From contig JAFGPL010000007.1 of NCBI GenBank assembly GCA_016936215.1, positions 12,448 through 76,447 on the forward strand: DNA of 64,000 nt. Reading direction: 5' to 3'. Under the pieces are notes generated by a model that saw nothing but the letters and a program-made list of their open reading frames with translations, made no database searches and was not told the origin of the DNA. This document shows, one piece after another, positions 1-9,517 of this stretch. Both the position numbers and the translations under genes were made by a program. The first letter of the stretch is position 1, and every line of letters begins with the position of its first letter. The DNA comes from Bacteroidales bacterium. Its GTDB lineage: Bacteria > Bacteroidota > Bacteroidia > Bacteroidales > UBA10428.

Positions 1-837
1 GTGCAGGGTTTTACCGGAAGCGAAGGTACTTTTCATGCAGAGCAAATGATTGATTACGGAACCAACCTAACCGGAGGTGTCACTCCGGGAAAAGGTGGTC
101 AGAAACATCTTGACAGACCTGTTTTCAATACTGTACAGGATGCTGTTATAAATACAGGTGCTGACACTTCAGTGATCTTTGTTCCTCCGGCATTTGCTGC
201 CGATGCAATTATGGAAGCTGCTGATGCAGGGATAGGCGTAATCGTATGCATTACCGAAGGTATACCGACTTCAGATATGGTAAAAGTAAAAGCTTTTCTT
301 GGTGATAAAAGCAGCCGGCTTATTGGTCCCAATTGTCCCGGAGTTATTACCCCCGGAGAGGCAAAGGTCGGAATTATGCCGGGCTTCATCCATAAAAAGG
401 GGTGTGTGGGAATTGTTTCCCGTTCGGGAACGCTTACCTATGAGGCTGTAGACCAAGTCACAAAAACAGGACTCGGACAATCCACCTGCGTGGGAATTGG
501 CGGTGATCCGATTATTGGGTCATCAATGTTCGATATTATTAAATTAATGATGGATGATGCACAAACCGAAGGCATTATCATGATTGGCGAGATAGGTGGC
601 AGCATGGAAGCAGAAGCTGCTCAGTGGATAAAAGAGTATGGTACAAAACCCGTTGTGGGGTTTATTGCCGGGAGAACTGCTCCAAAGGGCCGCAGAATGG
701 GGCATGCAGGCGCCATCATCGGGGGAAAGGATGATACCGCTGCTGCCAAAATGAAGATTATGGCCGAATGCGGCATTCATGTGGTGGAATCACCTGCTGA
801 CCTTGGAAAAAAAATAGAGGAAGTTTTGAAAAAGTAG
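1..837 (+). CDS. sucD: succinate--CoA ligase alpha subunit, 5' end cut by the window edge
   Basis: The ORF is open from base 1. The translation [32 protein letters not shown] ... MGHAGAII carries the CoA-binding and phosphohistidine (GHAGA) motifs of SucD. About a dozen N-terminal codons are missing. Confidence 0.9.
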   Translation: MQGFTGSEGTFHAEQMIDYGTNLTGGVTPGKGGQKHLDRPVFNTVQDAVINTGADTSVIFVPPAFAADAIMEAADAGIGVIVCITEGIPTSDMVKVKAFLGDKSSRLIGPNCPGVITPGEAKVGIMPGFIHKKGCVGIVSRSGTLTYEAVDQVTKTGLGQSTCVGIGGDPIIGSSMFDIIKLMMDDAQTEGIIMIGEIGGSMEAEAAQWIKEYGTKPVVGFIAGRTAPKGRRMGHAGAIIGGKDDTAAAKMKIMAECGIHVVESPADLGKKIEEVLKK

Positions 838-914
838 CAGTGGCAGGAGCAGTGGCAGGAGCAGTGGCAGGAGCAGTGGCAGGAGCAGTGGCAGTGGCAG
901 TGGCAGGAGCAGTA
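837..914. repeat. tandem hexamer/dodecamer repeat: 13 consecutive GCAGKR hexamers, mostly (GCAGTGGCAGGA)n
   Basis: Read directly. It starts at the last base of the sucD stop codon (TAG 835-837). No inverted partner is nearby. Confidence 0.9.
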
Positions 915-1009
915 GAAATACACACTGAATTTTAAATGATCTTTGACTTTAAACAGCGGACAAAAATTTAAAATACTAAATAACAAATCACTAAATCAAA
1001 AAATAAACT

Positions 1010-1756
1010 ATGAAATTACTCGAAGGAAAAACCGCTCTTATCACTGGTGCTGCAAGGGGAATAGGCCGTGCAATTGCCATCAGGTTTGCCGAAGAAGGCG
1101 CCAACGTTGCATTTACCGACCTGGTAATCAATGACGATGCGAAAGCGGTGGAAAAAACCATCAGTGACCTTGGTGTGAAATGTAAGGCATATGCTTCCAA
1201 TGCTGCAGATTTTAACGATACAAACAATGTAGTAAACAAGATTGCAGAGGAATTTGGGCGCATAGATATTTTGGTCAACAATGCCGGTATTACCAAAGAC
1301 ACTGCATTGAAAAGAATGACCGAAGAACAATGGGACATGGTGATTAATGTAAACCTGAAATCGGTGTTCAATTTCACCAAAGCAGTTCAGCCCGTGATGT
1401 GGAAGCTTGGCAAAGGAAGTATCGTGAATTTGAGTTCGGTGGTGGGTGTTGGCGGTAATGCCAACCAGGCCAATTATTCCGCCTCTAAAGCCGGTATCAT
1501 TGGTTTTACCAAATCTATAGCACAGGAGTTTGGCATCAGAAACATCAGGTGCAATGCCCTGGCCCCCGGATTTATCATCACCGAAATGACAAACCAGTTG
1601 CCGGATGATGTTCGCAAACAGTGGGAAAGTCACATACCGCTTAAGCGTGGCGGTACTCCTGAGGAAGTTGCGAACGTAGCACTGTTTCTTGCATCAGACC
1701 TGTCGTCGTATGTCAGCGGACAGGTGATAAATGTTTGCGGGGCAATGAAGACCTGA
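1010..1756 (+). CDS. fabG: 3-oxoacyl-ACP reductase (short-chain dehydrogenase/reductase)
   Basis: TGAARGIGRAIA Rossmann motif, NNAG, and the S...YxASK catalytic motif (YSASKAG). Length is 248 aa. Confidence 0.85.
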   Translation: MKLLEGKTALITGAARGIGRAIAIRFAEEGANVAFTDLVINDDAKAVEKTISDLGVKCKAYASNAADFNDTNNVVNKIAEEFGRIDILVNNAGITKDTALKRMTEEQWDMVINVNLKSVFNFTKAVQPVMWKLGKGSIVNLSSVVGVGGNANQANYSASKAGIIGFTKSIAQEFGIRNIRCNALAPGFIITEMTNQLPDDVRKQWESHIPLKRGGTPEEVANVALFLASDLSSYVSGQVINVCGAMKT

Positions 1757-1788
1757 TATTGTAAGAATTTTAAATGTTATATTTATAA

Positions 1789-1853
1789 AAGAGGCTGCGT
1801 AAAAAACCTTTTTTTAACACGATTTGTCATGTTGAGCGATAGCGAACTAAGCG
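1789..1853. repeat. partial copy of a MITE-like element with an AAGAGGCTG terminus
   Basis: AAGAGGCTGCGTAAAAAACC...TTGTCATGTTGAGCGATAGCGAACTAAGCG is the near-exact reverse complement of 63816-63880. No matching second terminus was seen downstream. Confidence 0.6.
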
Positions 1854-1970
1854 CAGATACTGAAAAAAATCGGGACGGAATGGCTAACCTTCAATACAGA
1901 ATATTAATTTAAGTAGTATATTCAGAAAGCCTTGCAATAGTATAAGGCATGGAAAAGACGACAGGTATTC

Positions 1971-2711
1971 CTATAGATGATCCAGTATGGAGTATATCTT
2001 CTCAATCGAATCATGCAAGTCTTTCCTCATTTTTTTTGTGTAAGGATTGTATTTCTGCAGGTCGCAGAACAGTTGCCATGAGTCGTTGCAGGTTTGCTCG
2101 ATAATTTCAAGCAGCTTTTTATATCCTAAAGTATTGATACTGGTGGTTTCAAGTTTAAGGTCGGCCAGTACGCGCCCGATGTAGTGGGTTATACCCTGGG
2201 AGTATGCCACCATTTTATCATGTTCATCGGGTGTCATTTTTTCAACCCGCATGTTTTTACTGTTAAAAAAATTGACCCAGTATTCAAAATCTTCCTGAGG
2301 GGTTCTTATTTCCGACATTACCATTGGAAGCCTTTCAGCAGCATTATAATAAGAATCGGGGCCAAACATAGGATGCGTGGCAATGATGCTGCCATTTTCC
2401 GGAAGGTATTTCTTCATCCACATGGCCGGCATCACTTTTACAGAACATGTATCGAAGTATATGCAGCCCGGTTGATGAAATGGCCTGGTTTGTATCAGAA
2501 CATCCTCAAGCGATGAAATGGCTACACAATAAAACAAAGCATCGCATTTGTGCAGTGATTCAATGTCAACGATTTCAATTCCCGTATTTACTTCATCGGG
2601 TTTTAATCCCCTTCTTGAGAATACCTTTACCCGAAAATCTGTTTTTAGTATATCAGCCCATAATTTGCCAAACCTGCCATAACCATAAACCGACACTACT
2701 TTTTTCGACAT
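1971..2711 (-). CDS. prephenate dehydrogenase family protein
   Basis: N-terminal GYGRFG dinucleotide-binding motif and THPMFGP motif. Length is 246 aa. Confidence 0.7.
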   Translation of the reverse strand: MSKKVVSVYGYGRFGKLWADILKTDFRVKVFSRRGLKPDEVNTGIEIVDIESLHKCDALFYCVAISSLEDVLIQTRPFHQPGCIYFDTCSVKVMPAMWMKKYLPENGSIIATHPMFGPDSYYNAAERLPMVMSEIRTPQEDFEYWVNFFNSKNMRVEKMTPDEHDKMVAYSQGITHYIGRVLADLKLETTSINTLGYKKLLEIIEQTCNDSWQLFCDLQKYNPYTKKMRKDLHDSIEKIYSILDHL

Positions 2712-2792
2712 TTTACCTGAATTTTAAGCTGCAAAAATACAAAAGAATCGCAATTAACAGCGGAAAATATTTGTATGAAAGGGACATAAAAA

Positions 2793-2957
2793 AAGAGGCT
2801 GTCTTAAAAGTCGCTCCCGATGTCATCCTGAATTTAGTTCAGGATCTCAATTAGCTGTTTACTAACCTGTTTGAGATTCCGAAACGCCTGCCCGCCGAAC
2901 TGTTAAGGCAGGCGGGAGTTCGGAATGACTAAATGGCGACTTTTAAGACAGCCTCTT
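2793..2957. mobile_element. complete MITE-like element (~165 bp) with perfect 22-bp terminal inverted repeats
   Basis: Left end AAGAGGCTGTCTTAAAAGTCGC (2793-2814) is the exact reverse complement of 2936-2957. Internal hairpins are TGTCATCCTGAATTTAGTTCAGGATC and CCGAAACGCCTGCCCGCC...GGCAGGCGGGAGTTCGG. It has no coding capacity. Confidence 0.7.
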
Positions 2958-2978
2958 TCCTTCTATCTTTAGTAATCA

Positions 2979-3959
2979 TTAGTAAGTTCTGATCTGTCCG
3001 GTATTTCTTATCACTATTTCTGGCTTGTCGTCAAATGCCGTGACAAGACCGGTTACCAGTACATGTTGCCTTTCGAAATAACTTTCAGGCCATCTGCTTA
3101 ACCTTCTGGCAATCCAGCCGGGAAGCACAACACTGAAATCATGGTAGGGATAATAAGCCCCGAAATAGAGGATGTATTCATCGGTTTTTCCGGTATAAAA
3201 AACTTCATAAACTTTTCCATATACATTCATCACTTCACCGTGGTAGAAAATGGCGTCGTAAGCCGAAATTGTCGGAATCCTGTATCCTTCGGCATATCTC
3301 CAGTGGTTTACCATCGGGTAGTACCTTGAGTATTCGATACGCATGGAGGGGGTCCAGTATATTTCGAAACGTACCGGTGAGCGGTAAGGATAGTGCCTTG
3401 ACCTGTAATACCTGTCTCTCGGCGGGCGGTTATAATGGTGGTGTACAACCCTGGTTTCCCTGTAAACACGTGGAGATTCGTATCTTACACCACTATTGGA
3501 ACCGCGTGGGGCAGTTCTTGTTACAGTATGGTTGGTTGATCGTTTCTGATGTTCAACCTGCCTGTGGTTGACATTGTTGTTTACGGTCCTGTTTTCAGAA
3601 TGATGTTGTGTGCTGCTTCCCCTTCTTACCGTTTCCTGTCCATTCTGCGGTCTGGTTTGGGTTTGGCCCGTGGAATTTCTTGTAGTTACCTCCCTTCTTG
3701 AAGTCCCTGAATTGTAACTGCTGTGGGGCCTTTCCTGTGTGGCCGTATTGTTTTGCCTTGTTACCGGTTCTCTTCTTGTAGTACTGCTTTGTGATTGGGA
3801 ACTGCTTCTTTGTGTGCTAACCTCTCTTTTTTGTGTAGTAGTACTTTTCTCTCGTTCCTCCCTGGCAGGTGTCGGGCTATTGGCGCTCCTCCTTGAGGTT
3901 TGTGTAAATGCAGTTGCTGCCATCAACAACATTGCCAATATAAATATTGACTTTTTCAT
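2979..3959 (-). CDS. hypothetical secreted protein with a long basic S/T/R/Q-rich low-complexity region and a structured C-terminal domain
   Basis: Signal peptide MKKSIFILAMLLMAATAFTQ, then about 190 aa of low complexity, a Y/R/H-rich segment and a roughly 110-aa ordered C-terminus. No family was recognised. Confidence 0.55.
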   Translation of the reverse strand: MKKSIFILAMLLMAATAFTQTSRRSANSPTPAREEREKSTTTQKREVSTQRSSSQSQSSTTRREPVTRQNNTATQERPHSSYNSGTSRREVTTRNSTGQTQTRPQNGQETVRRGSSTQHHSENRTVNNNVNHRQVEHQKRSTNHTVTRTAPRGSNSGVRYESPRVYRETRVVHHHYNRPPRDRYYRSRHYPYRSPVRFEIYWTPSMRIEYSRYYPMVNHWRYAEGYRIPTISAYDAIFYHGEVMNVYGKVYEVFYTGKTDEYILYFGAYYPYHDFSVVLPGWIARRLSRWPESYFERQHVLVTGLVTAFDDKPEIVIRNTGQIRTY

Positions 3960-4210
3960 GATCGTGGTTTTTATTTTGTCTTCAATACTTCGGTTGCAAA
4001 AAGCTTGCCAAAATAAAATATTATTCGAATGTTTATAATAATCAGTAATTTACAAAATCGTATTGGCGAAAAATCGAAATCGTACAAAGTTGGATACGGA
4101 AAAACCGGGAACAGGTTGTCTTTTGAAGTTAAAAACATATTAAAACCGAAAGTTTAAGAAAACAAAAGTATCATGGTTTGTTATTGAACTAAACCTAAAA
4201 TCCATAAAAA

Positions 4211-4831
4211 ATGAAAGAATTTACCACTTCACTTATTTTGGCATGGTTGCCAGTAAGTTATGCTTTTTCTCAAAACACACATGAAATTAAAGCTGAAGGT
4301 TTCAACTTTTCACCTTCTTCGATAAGCGTGAATGCAGGGGACACTGTCTTTTTCAATTCAGGATCATTTCATCCCTTGCTGCAGGTGGACCAGGAAACAT
4401 GGAATTCAAATGGCTCAGGTGCCCTGGACGGAGGATTTGATTTTCCTGATGGTTTGGGCAAAGTAGTTTTTGATGTTGCAGGAACTTATTATTTTATCTT
4501 TCCAAGCCATATTTCTTCAGGAATGAAAGGTACCATAACCGTGAATAGCATTACCGGAATTCAGGAAAATGAAACCAAATTCGGCCAGGTAATTCTCTAT
4601 CCTAATCCTTTTAACGAGTATATTAATATAAATTTTAGAAGTGATAAATCCGGAAGTATTTCAATTATGCTAATTGATGGTTCAGGCAGGACAATCCGTG
4701 AGTATCATGAAATTAAATATAATCAGGGCATTAACAACTTTCGGTTTTTAACAGGATCTTTGGCCCCCGGTATTTATACTCTTGATGTAAAAGGTGAGTC
4801 CTTCAGGCATGTAACAGCGGTTATCAAATAG
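4211..4831 (+). CDS. cupredoxin-like domain protein with a T9SS C-terminal sorting domain
   Basis: Plastocyanin-like strand pattern GTYYFIFPSHISSGMKGTITV, with Phe where the copper-ligand Cys is expected. The C-terminus LYPNPFNEYININF...GIYTLDVKGESFRHVTAVIK looks like a Por secretion tail. Confidence 0.65.
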   Translation: MKEFTTSLILAWLPVSYAFSQNTHEIKAEGFNFSPSSISVNAGDTVFFNSGSFHPLLQVDQETWNSNGSGALDGGFDFPDGLGKVVFDVAGTYYFIFPSHISSGMKGTITVNSITGIQENETKFGQVILYPNPFNEYININFRSDKSGSISIMLIDGSGRTIREYHEIKYNQGINNFRFLTGSLAPGIYTLDVKGESFRHVTAVIK

Positions 4832-4904
4832 AATATTGCCAGCAGAAATTAGTTATCCATTTTAATTATTTAGAATTTTTTCAAATAAAAATTTTCAATA
4901 ATGT

Positions 4905-4912
4905 TATTTTTG
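4905..4912 (+). promoter_or_regulatory. candidate Bacteroidota -7 promoter box (TAnnTTTG) upstream of metA
   Basis: TATTTTTG lies 26 nt upstream of the metA ATG. The call rests on the motif alone. Confidence 0.3.
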
Positions 4913-4937
4913 TGCCTGAATTGAAAATTTTCACATC

Positions 4938-5855
4938 ATGCCTTTAAATATTCCAGATAAGCTTCCGGCAGTGGAAATCCTGCAGGATGAAAATATTTTT
5001 GTGATGGGGGAGACCAGGGCTACGCATCAGGATATACGACCGATGCAGATTATTATATTGAACCTCATGCCGTTAAAAATTACTACCGAGACACATATTT
5101 TAAGGTTGTTGTCCAACACCCCGTTGCAGGTAGAAGTGATTTTGCTTCATACGAGGGAACATATTTCCAAACATACACCTATTGAACACCTCCAGACTTT
5201 TTATAAAACCTTTAATGAGGTTAAGGACAGGAAGTTTGATGGTATGATTATTACCGGGGCCCCTATTGAACACCTCGAATTTGAACAGGTTGATTACTGG
5301 AGAGAGCTTCAGGATATAATGGATTGGGTAAAGGTAAATGTGACATCTACCATGTTTATTTGCTGGGGCGCCCAGGCTGGATTGTACCATTATTACGGTA
5401 TTCCAAAATACAAGCTGTCTTCAAAAATGTTTGGGGTATTTAATCATCACATCAATAATCCGAAAATACCCCTTATCCGGGGCTTTGATGAAGAATTTCA
5501 GGCACCCCATTCACGGCATACCGAAGTGCGGCGAAGCGATATTGAAAAAGTGCCTGAACTTGAAATTGTTGCTGAATCGGACGAAGCAGGTGTGTATATG
5601 GTGATGACAAAAGACGGAAGACAGATATTTGTAACCGGTCATTCCGAGTACGATCCTTCAACACTGAAAGAGGAGTATGAACGTGACCTGAAAAAAGGCC
5701 TGCCCATTGAGATTCCAAAAAACTATTATCCTGAAGATAACCCCTCTCTTATGCCGAAGGTAAGATGGAAGAGCCACGCAAACCTGTTATATTATAACTG
5801 GCTCAATTACTACGTTTACCAGATGACCCCCTATAATATAAACGAAATAAAATAG
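4938..5855 (+). CDS. metA: homoserine O-acyltransferase (MetA family)
   Basis: The N-terminus [23 protein letters not shown] and the motifs ILNLMP, ITGAP and CWGAQA are typical of MetA. Length is 305 aa. Confidence 0.9.
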   Translation: MPLNIPDKLPAVEILQDENIFVMGETRATHQDIRPMQIIILNLMPLKITTETHILRLLSNTPLQVEVILLHTREHISKHTPIEHLQTFYKTFNEVKDRKFDGMIITGAPIEHLEFEQVDYWRELQDIMDWVKVNVTSTMFICWGAQAGLYHYYGIPKYKLSSKMFGVFNHHINNPKIPLIRGFDEEFQAPHSRHTEVRRSDIEKVPELEIVAESDEAGVYMVMTKDGRQIFVTGHSEYDPSTLKEEYERDLKKGLPIEIPKNYYPEDNPSLMPKVRWKSHANLLYYNWLNYYVYQMTPYNINEIK

Positions 5856-6066
5856 TTAGATTATTGAGTATATTAAAATATTGGTGTATCTTTGCGCGAA
5901 ATAATTCCTTATTAAAGCCAAAGACTTTAAATCCTATTCTATCTTTTCCTAAAACTTATCAACAATCCCGTTTTTTTTAAGATATTTTATCTTGTTATTT
6001 GTTATCAGCGTTTTAGACTGAAATAAATGATTTTTATCAATTGAATATTTTGACCAATTTATCATT

Positions 6067-6690
6067 TTGAACAATATAGGGGTTATGAATGATTTGCACG
6101 TGAATATTATAATATCTTATTTTGAACCGAAAAAAATTGACTATATGAATTGTTTCACAGAGGTTATTTGTCCGGAGGCTTATCCTGCCATTAAGGAGCA
6201 TTTTACATTTCAGGAAGAATTTAATCAGAGAGAGTATTACGACATCAGGTACATGGTTGCCCATTCATCTTCCAATGGTACTGAAGTCATCAGGCCTGAT
6301 AGCGCCGAACAACCCGTAATATACGATTGGAGCGATAAAATCATTCTTATTGCCGAGGATGAAGAAACAAATTACCTGTTTCTGAAAGCTGCCCTGGCCA
6401 GAACAAATGCTGCTATTATCTGGGCTAAAAATGGTCAGGAAGCTGTTGATGCTGTAAAACACCATCCTGAAATTGATGTTGTACTCATGGATATCAAAAT
6501 GCCTGTTATGAATGGTGTTGATGCAACAAGAATTATCAGGGAACTTGACAGGGAAAAAATAGTGATCGCGCAAACAGCCTATATTTCTGAAAAAGACCGG
6601 TTGACCTATATGGAAGCCGGGTGCAATGATTTTCTTGCAAAACCCATTACACGTGACAGGTTGTTAAGAATGATTTCACAATATATATAA
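6067..6690 (+). CDS. orphan response regulator (receiver domain only); start uncertain
   Basis: The C-terminal ~120 aa, ILIAEDEETNY...VVLMDIKMPVMNG...AKPI, form a CheY-like receiver. The first ~90 aa were not recognised. An alternative in-frame ATG lies at 6253. Confidence 0.65.
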   Translation: MNNIGVMNDLHVNIIISYFEPKKIDYMNCFTEVICPEAYPAIKEHFTFQEEFNQREYYDIRYMVAHSSSNGTEVIRPDSAEQPVIYDWSDKIILIAEDEETNYLFLKAALARTNAAIIWAKNGQEAVDAVKHHPEIDVVLMDIKMPVMNGVDATRIIRELDREKIVIAQTAYISEKDRLTYMEAGCNDFLAKPITRDRLLRMISQYI

Positions 6691-6696
6691 GCCTAA

Positions 6697-7101
6697 ATGG
6701 CCTTAACGCTGACTACACCCGCCCTTTTGTTTTCAGCAATTTCGTTACTTTTGCTGGCATATACCAATCGTTTTCTGGCACTGGCCTCGCTTGTCAGAAA
6801 TTTACATGCCCAATACAAGCAAAATCCTGATGGCAGGATTTTCGGCCAGATAAAAAACCTGAGAAAAAGACTTTTGCTTATCCGAAATATGCAGGTACTT
6901 GGAATTACCAGTCTTTTACTATGCGTGTTATGCATGTTTCTCATCTATATTCAAAGCATTATGATTGCAGAATTTATTTTTGGTTTTGCATTGCTTTTGC
7001 TTATCACTTCGCTGGCACTTTCAGTATGGGAAATTCAGATTTCTGTTAATGCGCTTAACCTGCACCTGGGCGACATTGAAGATATGGACAAAAAGAATTA
7101 G
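6697..7101 (+). CDS. small membrane protein, DUF2721-like
   Basis: TTPALLFSAISLLLLAYTNRFLALASLVRNLH plus further transmembrane segments. Family recognition is from memory. Confidence 0.55.
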   Translation: MALTLTTPALLFSAISLLLLAYTNRFLALASLVRNLHAQYKQNPDGRIFGQIKNLRKRLLLIRNMQVLGITSLLLCVLCMFLIYIQSIMIAEFIFGFALLLLITSLALSVWEIQISVNALNLHLGDIEDMDKKN

Positions 7102-7284
7102 CCTGGTCCCATTTCTTTTGGTTGATATTGCTTGTGCTTCTTTAGTCCGGCAATTTGATTTTAACAACTTTTCCCTCAAAGTAATCTTCCTCACCGATTA
7201 TTGGTATATCGCCGCCAGAATGTTTATTTTTGCACAATACGTATTGCAGTATAAATACTTCAATTATTTGCTTAGCGGTTTATC

Positions 7285-9480
7285 ATGGATACAACCATTT
7301 TAAAAAAATATAACGAGCTAAAAAAAGCTGTTATCGAGAACAGGAGAAATCCCAACATCGAAAAGCTCGATAATGCATTCAGGTATATGGTTGGTACGGT
7401 AGGCGATGCAAAAGATATTACCGGTGAATATGCCGTAATGTTTGCCCTTAATGTAGGTGAAATTGCCATTAAAGAGATCGGACTAGGGGTTACTTCGCTT
7501 ATCAGCATTTTTCTGCACAAAGCATCTCTTTTCAAACCTGGTGAACAGCATAAAATCGTTAAGGAATATGACAGTTCGGTGGAGATTATTTTTAAAGGTC
7601 TTGAGAAAATTTCATATATCGGCTATGAAACAAATCCCTCTGACGCGGAAAACCTGAGAAAATTGCTGTTAAACCTTGCCAAAGATGTGCGTGTTATATT
7701 GATCTGTCTTGCCCGGCAACTACATATGATGCGCGAAATGAAGGCCATGACACACGAATACCAGGTAAGGCTTGCTTCTGATGCTTCATATCTCTATGCC
7801 CCGCTGGCGCACAGGCTTGGGCTTTATATCATCAAGTCAGAAATGGATGACCTCTATCTGAAATACACCGATAGAAAAACATACGACCAGATTGCCCGGA
7901 AACTGTCAGAAACAATGCGTGCCCGCAAGCAGTTTATCGAAGATTTTGTTGCCCCGGTTGATAAAGTACTAAAGGAAAATGGTTTCGATTTCGAAATCAA
8001 GGGAAGGCCAAAATCCATCTTTTCTATCTGGAATAAGATGAAAAAGAAGGAAGTAGAGTTTGAAGATATTTATGATCTTTTTGCCATACGCATCATCCTT
8101 AACAGTGAACCGAAAAATGAAAAATCAGATTGCTGGAAGGCTTATTCGTTGATCACCGACATTTTTCAACCCAATCCTTTACGTTTGCGCGACTGGATTT
8201 CGGTGCCTAAAACAAATGGTTATGAGTCGCTGCATACCACCGTGGTGGGCCCCGGCGGCAGATGGGTGGAAGTGCAGATACGTACGGTGCGCATGAACGA
8301 GATTGCCGAAAAAGGTTTTGCTGCCCATTGGAAATATAAAGGGGATAACGGTGAACGCGGCCTGGATGAATGGTTACTTAAGGTACGCGAGGTACTCGAA
8401 ACACCACAGACTGATGCAGGAGAATTCATTGACGACTTTAAGCTTAGCCTCTATTCCAAAGAGATATTTGTCTTTACCCCGAAAGGTGACCTGAGAAAAT
8501 TTCCTGAGGGTGCAACTGTACTGGATTTTGCTTACGATATTCATTCAAACCTTGGCTCGATTTGTACGGGAGCTAAAGTGAACGGGAAAAACGTGCCCAT
8601 AAGGCATGTAATGCATAACGGTGACAAGATAGAGATTATTACATCAAAAAACCAGGTGCCTAAGCGCGACTGGCTGAATTTTGTGGTCACAACCAAGGCA
8701 AAAAGCAAAATAAGGCAGAAGCTGAATGAGGAGAAAGTAAAAGAAGCAGAAAACGGTAAGGAAATATTGCAGCGCAGGCTTAAAAACTGGAAAATACCCT
8801 TTACCGATGAACTTATAAGGAACCTGTTAAAAAAATATAAGCTGAAAAATGCCCAGGATTTATACTCTCTTATTGCTAGTGAGAAGATTGAACTGGGTGA
8901 AATAAAGGATTTTATAACGTTAATGGAAAAACAGCCAGGGGAAACCATCGCTGCACCCGCAGAGAAACCTGCCGAACCAGAACTAAAATACCATGCAGCA
9001 GATGATTTCCTGATTATTGACGACAAAGTATCAAATGTTGATTATAAACTTGCAAAATGCTGTAATCCCATTTTTGGAGACGATATTTTCGGTTTTGTCA
9101 CCATTAACGAAGGAATAAAAATACACCGTACGAATTGTCCCAATGCTTCACGCCTGTTGTCAAAATATGGCTATCGGGTGATCAAAGCCCGCTGGAATAA
9201 GAGCGATGGCGTTACCTCTTTCCCGGTAGATATTGTTTTATCGGGTGAAGATGTGCCAGGTTTGCTGAACAGCATCTCAGATGTTATATCCAAAGAGCAG
9301 AAAGTGGCGTTGCGCTCTATTGCCATTGACAGTGATAATGGTATGTTTCAGGGAAGGCTTAAGCTGATGGTGCTCGATAACAAGCACCTTGATTCGTTGA
9401 TTGCCCGCCTTCATAAAATTAAGGGTATATATAGTGTGAAGCGTTTCGAGGGTTACAATGCACAGGGAGGAACAGTTTAA
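7285..9480 (+). CDS. bifunctional (p)ppGpp synthetase/hydrolase, RelA/SpoT family
   Basis: 731 aa. HD region, synthetase motifs (GRPKSIFSIWNKM, YESLHTTV, EVQIRT), a TGS region (IFVFTPKGD) and a C-terminal ACT-like domain. Confidence 0.9.
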   Translation: MDTTILKKYNELKKAVIENRRNPNIEKLDNAFRYMVGTVGDAKDITGEYAVMFALNVGEIAIKEIGLGVTSLISIFLHKASLFKPGEQHKIVKEYDSSVEIIFKGLEKISYIGYETNPSDAENLRKLLLNLAKDVRVILICLARQLHMMREMKAMTHEYQVRLASDASYLYAPLAHRLGLYIIKSEMDDLYLKYTDRKTYDQIARKLSETMRARKQFIEDFVAPVDKVLKENGFDFEIKGRPKSIFSIWNKMKKKEVEFEDIYDLFAIRIILNSEPKNEKSDCWKAYSLITDIFQPNPLRLRDWISVPKTNGYESLHTTVVGPGGRWVEVQIRTVRMNEIAEKGFAAHWKYKGDNGERGLDEWLLKVREVLETPQTDAGEFIDDFKLSLYSKEIFVFTPKGDLRKFPEGATVLDFAYDIHSNLGSICTGAKVNGKNVPIRHVMHNGDKIEIITSKNQVPKRDWLNFVVTTKAKSKIRQKLNEEKVKEAENGKEILQRRLKNWKIPFTDELIRNLLKKYKLKNAQDLYSLIASEKIELGEIKDFITLMEKQPGETIAAPAEKPAEPELKYHAADDFLIIDDKVSNVDYKLAKCCNPIFGDDIFGFVTINEGIKIHRTNCPNASRLLSKYGYRVIKARWNKSDGVTSFPVDIVLSGEDVPGLLNSISDVISKEQKVALRSIAIDSDNGMFQGRLKLMVLDNKHLDSLIARLHKIKGIYSVKRFEGYNAQGGTV

Positions 9481-9492
9481 ATAAAAATTTAT

Positions 9493-9500
9493 TATTTTTG
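9493..9500 (+). promoter_or_regulatory. candidate TAnnTTTG -7 promoter box
   Basis: TATTTTTG lies 18 nt upstream of the ATG at 9518. The call rests on the motif alone. Confidence 0.3.
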
Positions 9501-9517
9501 AATCATTGTTTTTAAAA

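Noticed and set aside
777-986. 69-aa minus-strand ORF encoding CSCHCHCHCSCHC... repeats
   Set aside because: It is the antisense translation of the GCAGTG/GCAGGA tandem repeat and overlaps the end of sucD. It has no start context or family signature and is best explained as a repeat artefact.
991-1633. Two minus-strand ORFs (129 and 205 aa) opposite fabG
   Set aside because: Both are antisense shadows of a clear SDR gene, and no motifs were seen.
4832-4937. SAM or other riboswitch upstream of metA
   Set aside because: The leader is only ~106 nt, very AT-rich, and shows none of the conserved paired GC-rich helices of SAM riboswitches. Only a promoter-like TAnnTTTG box was seen.
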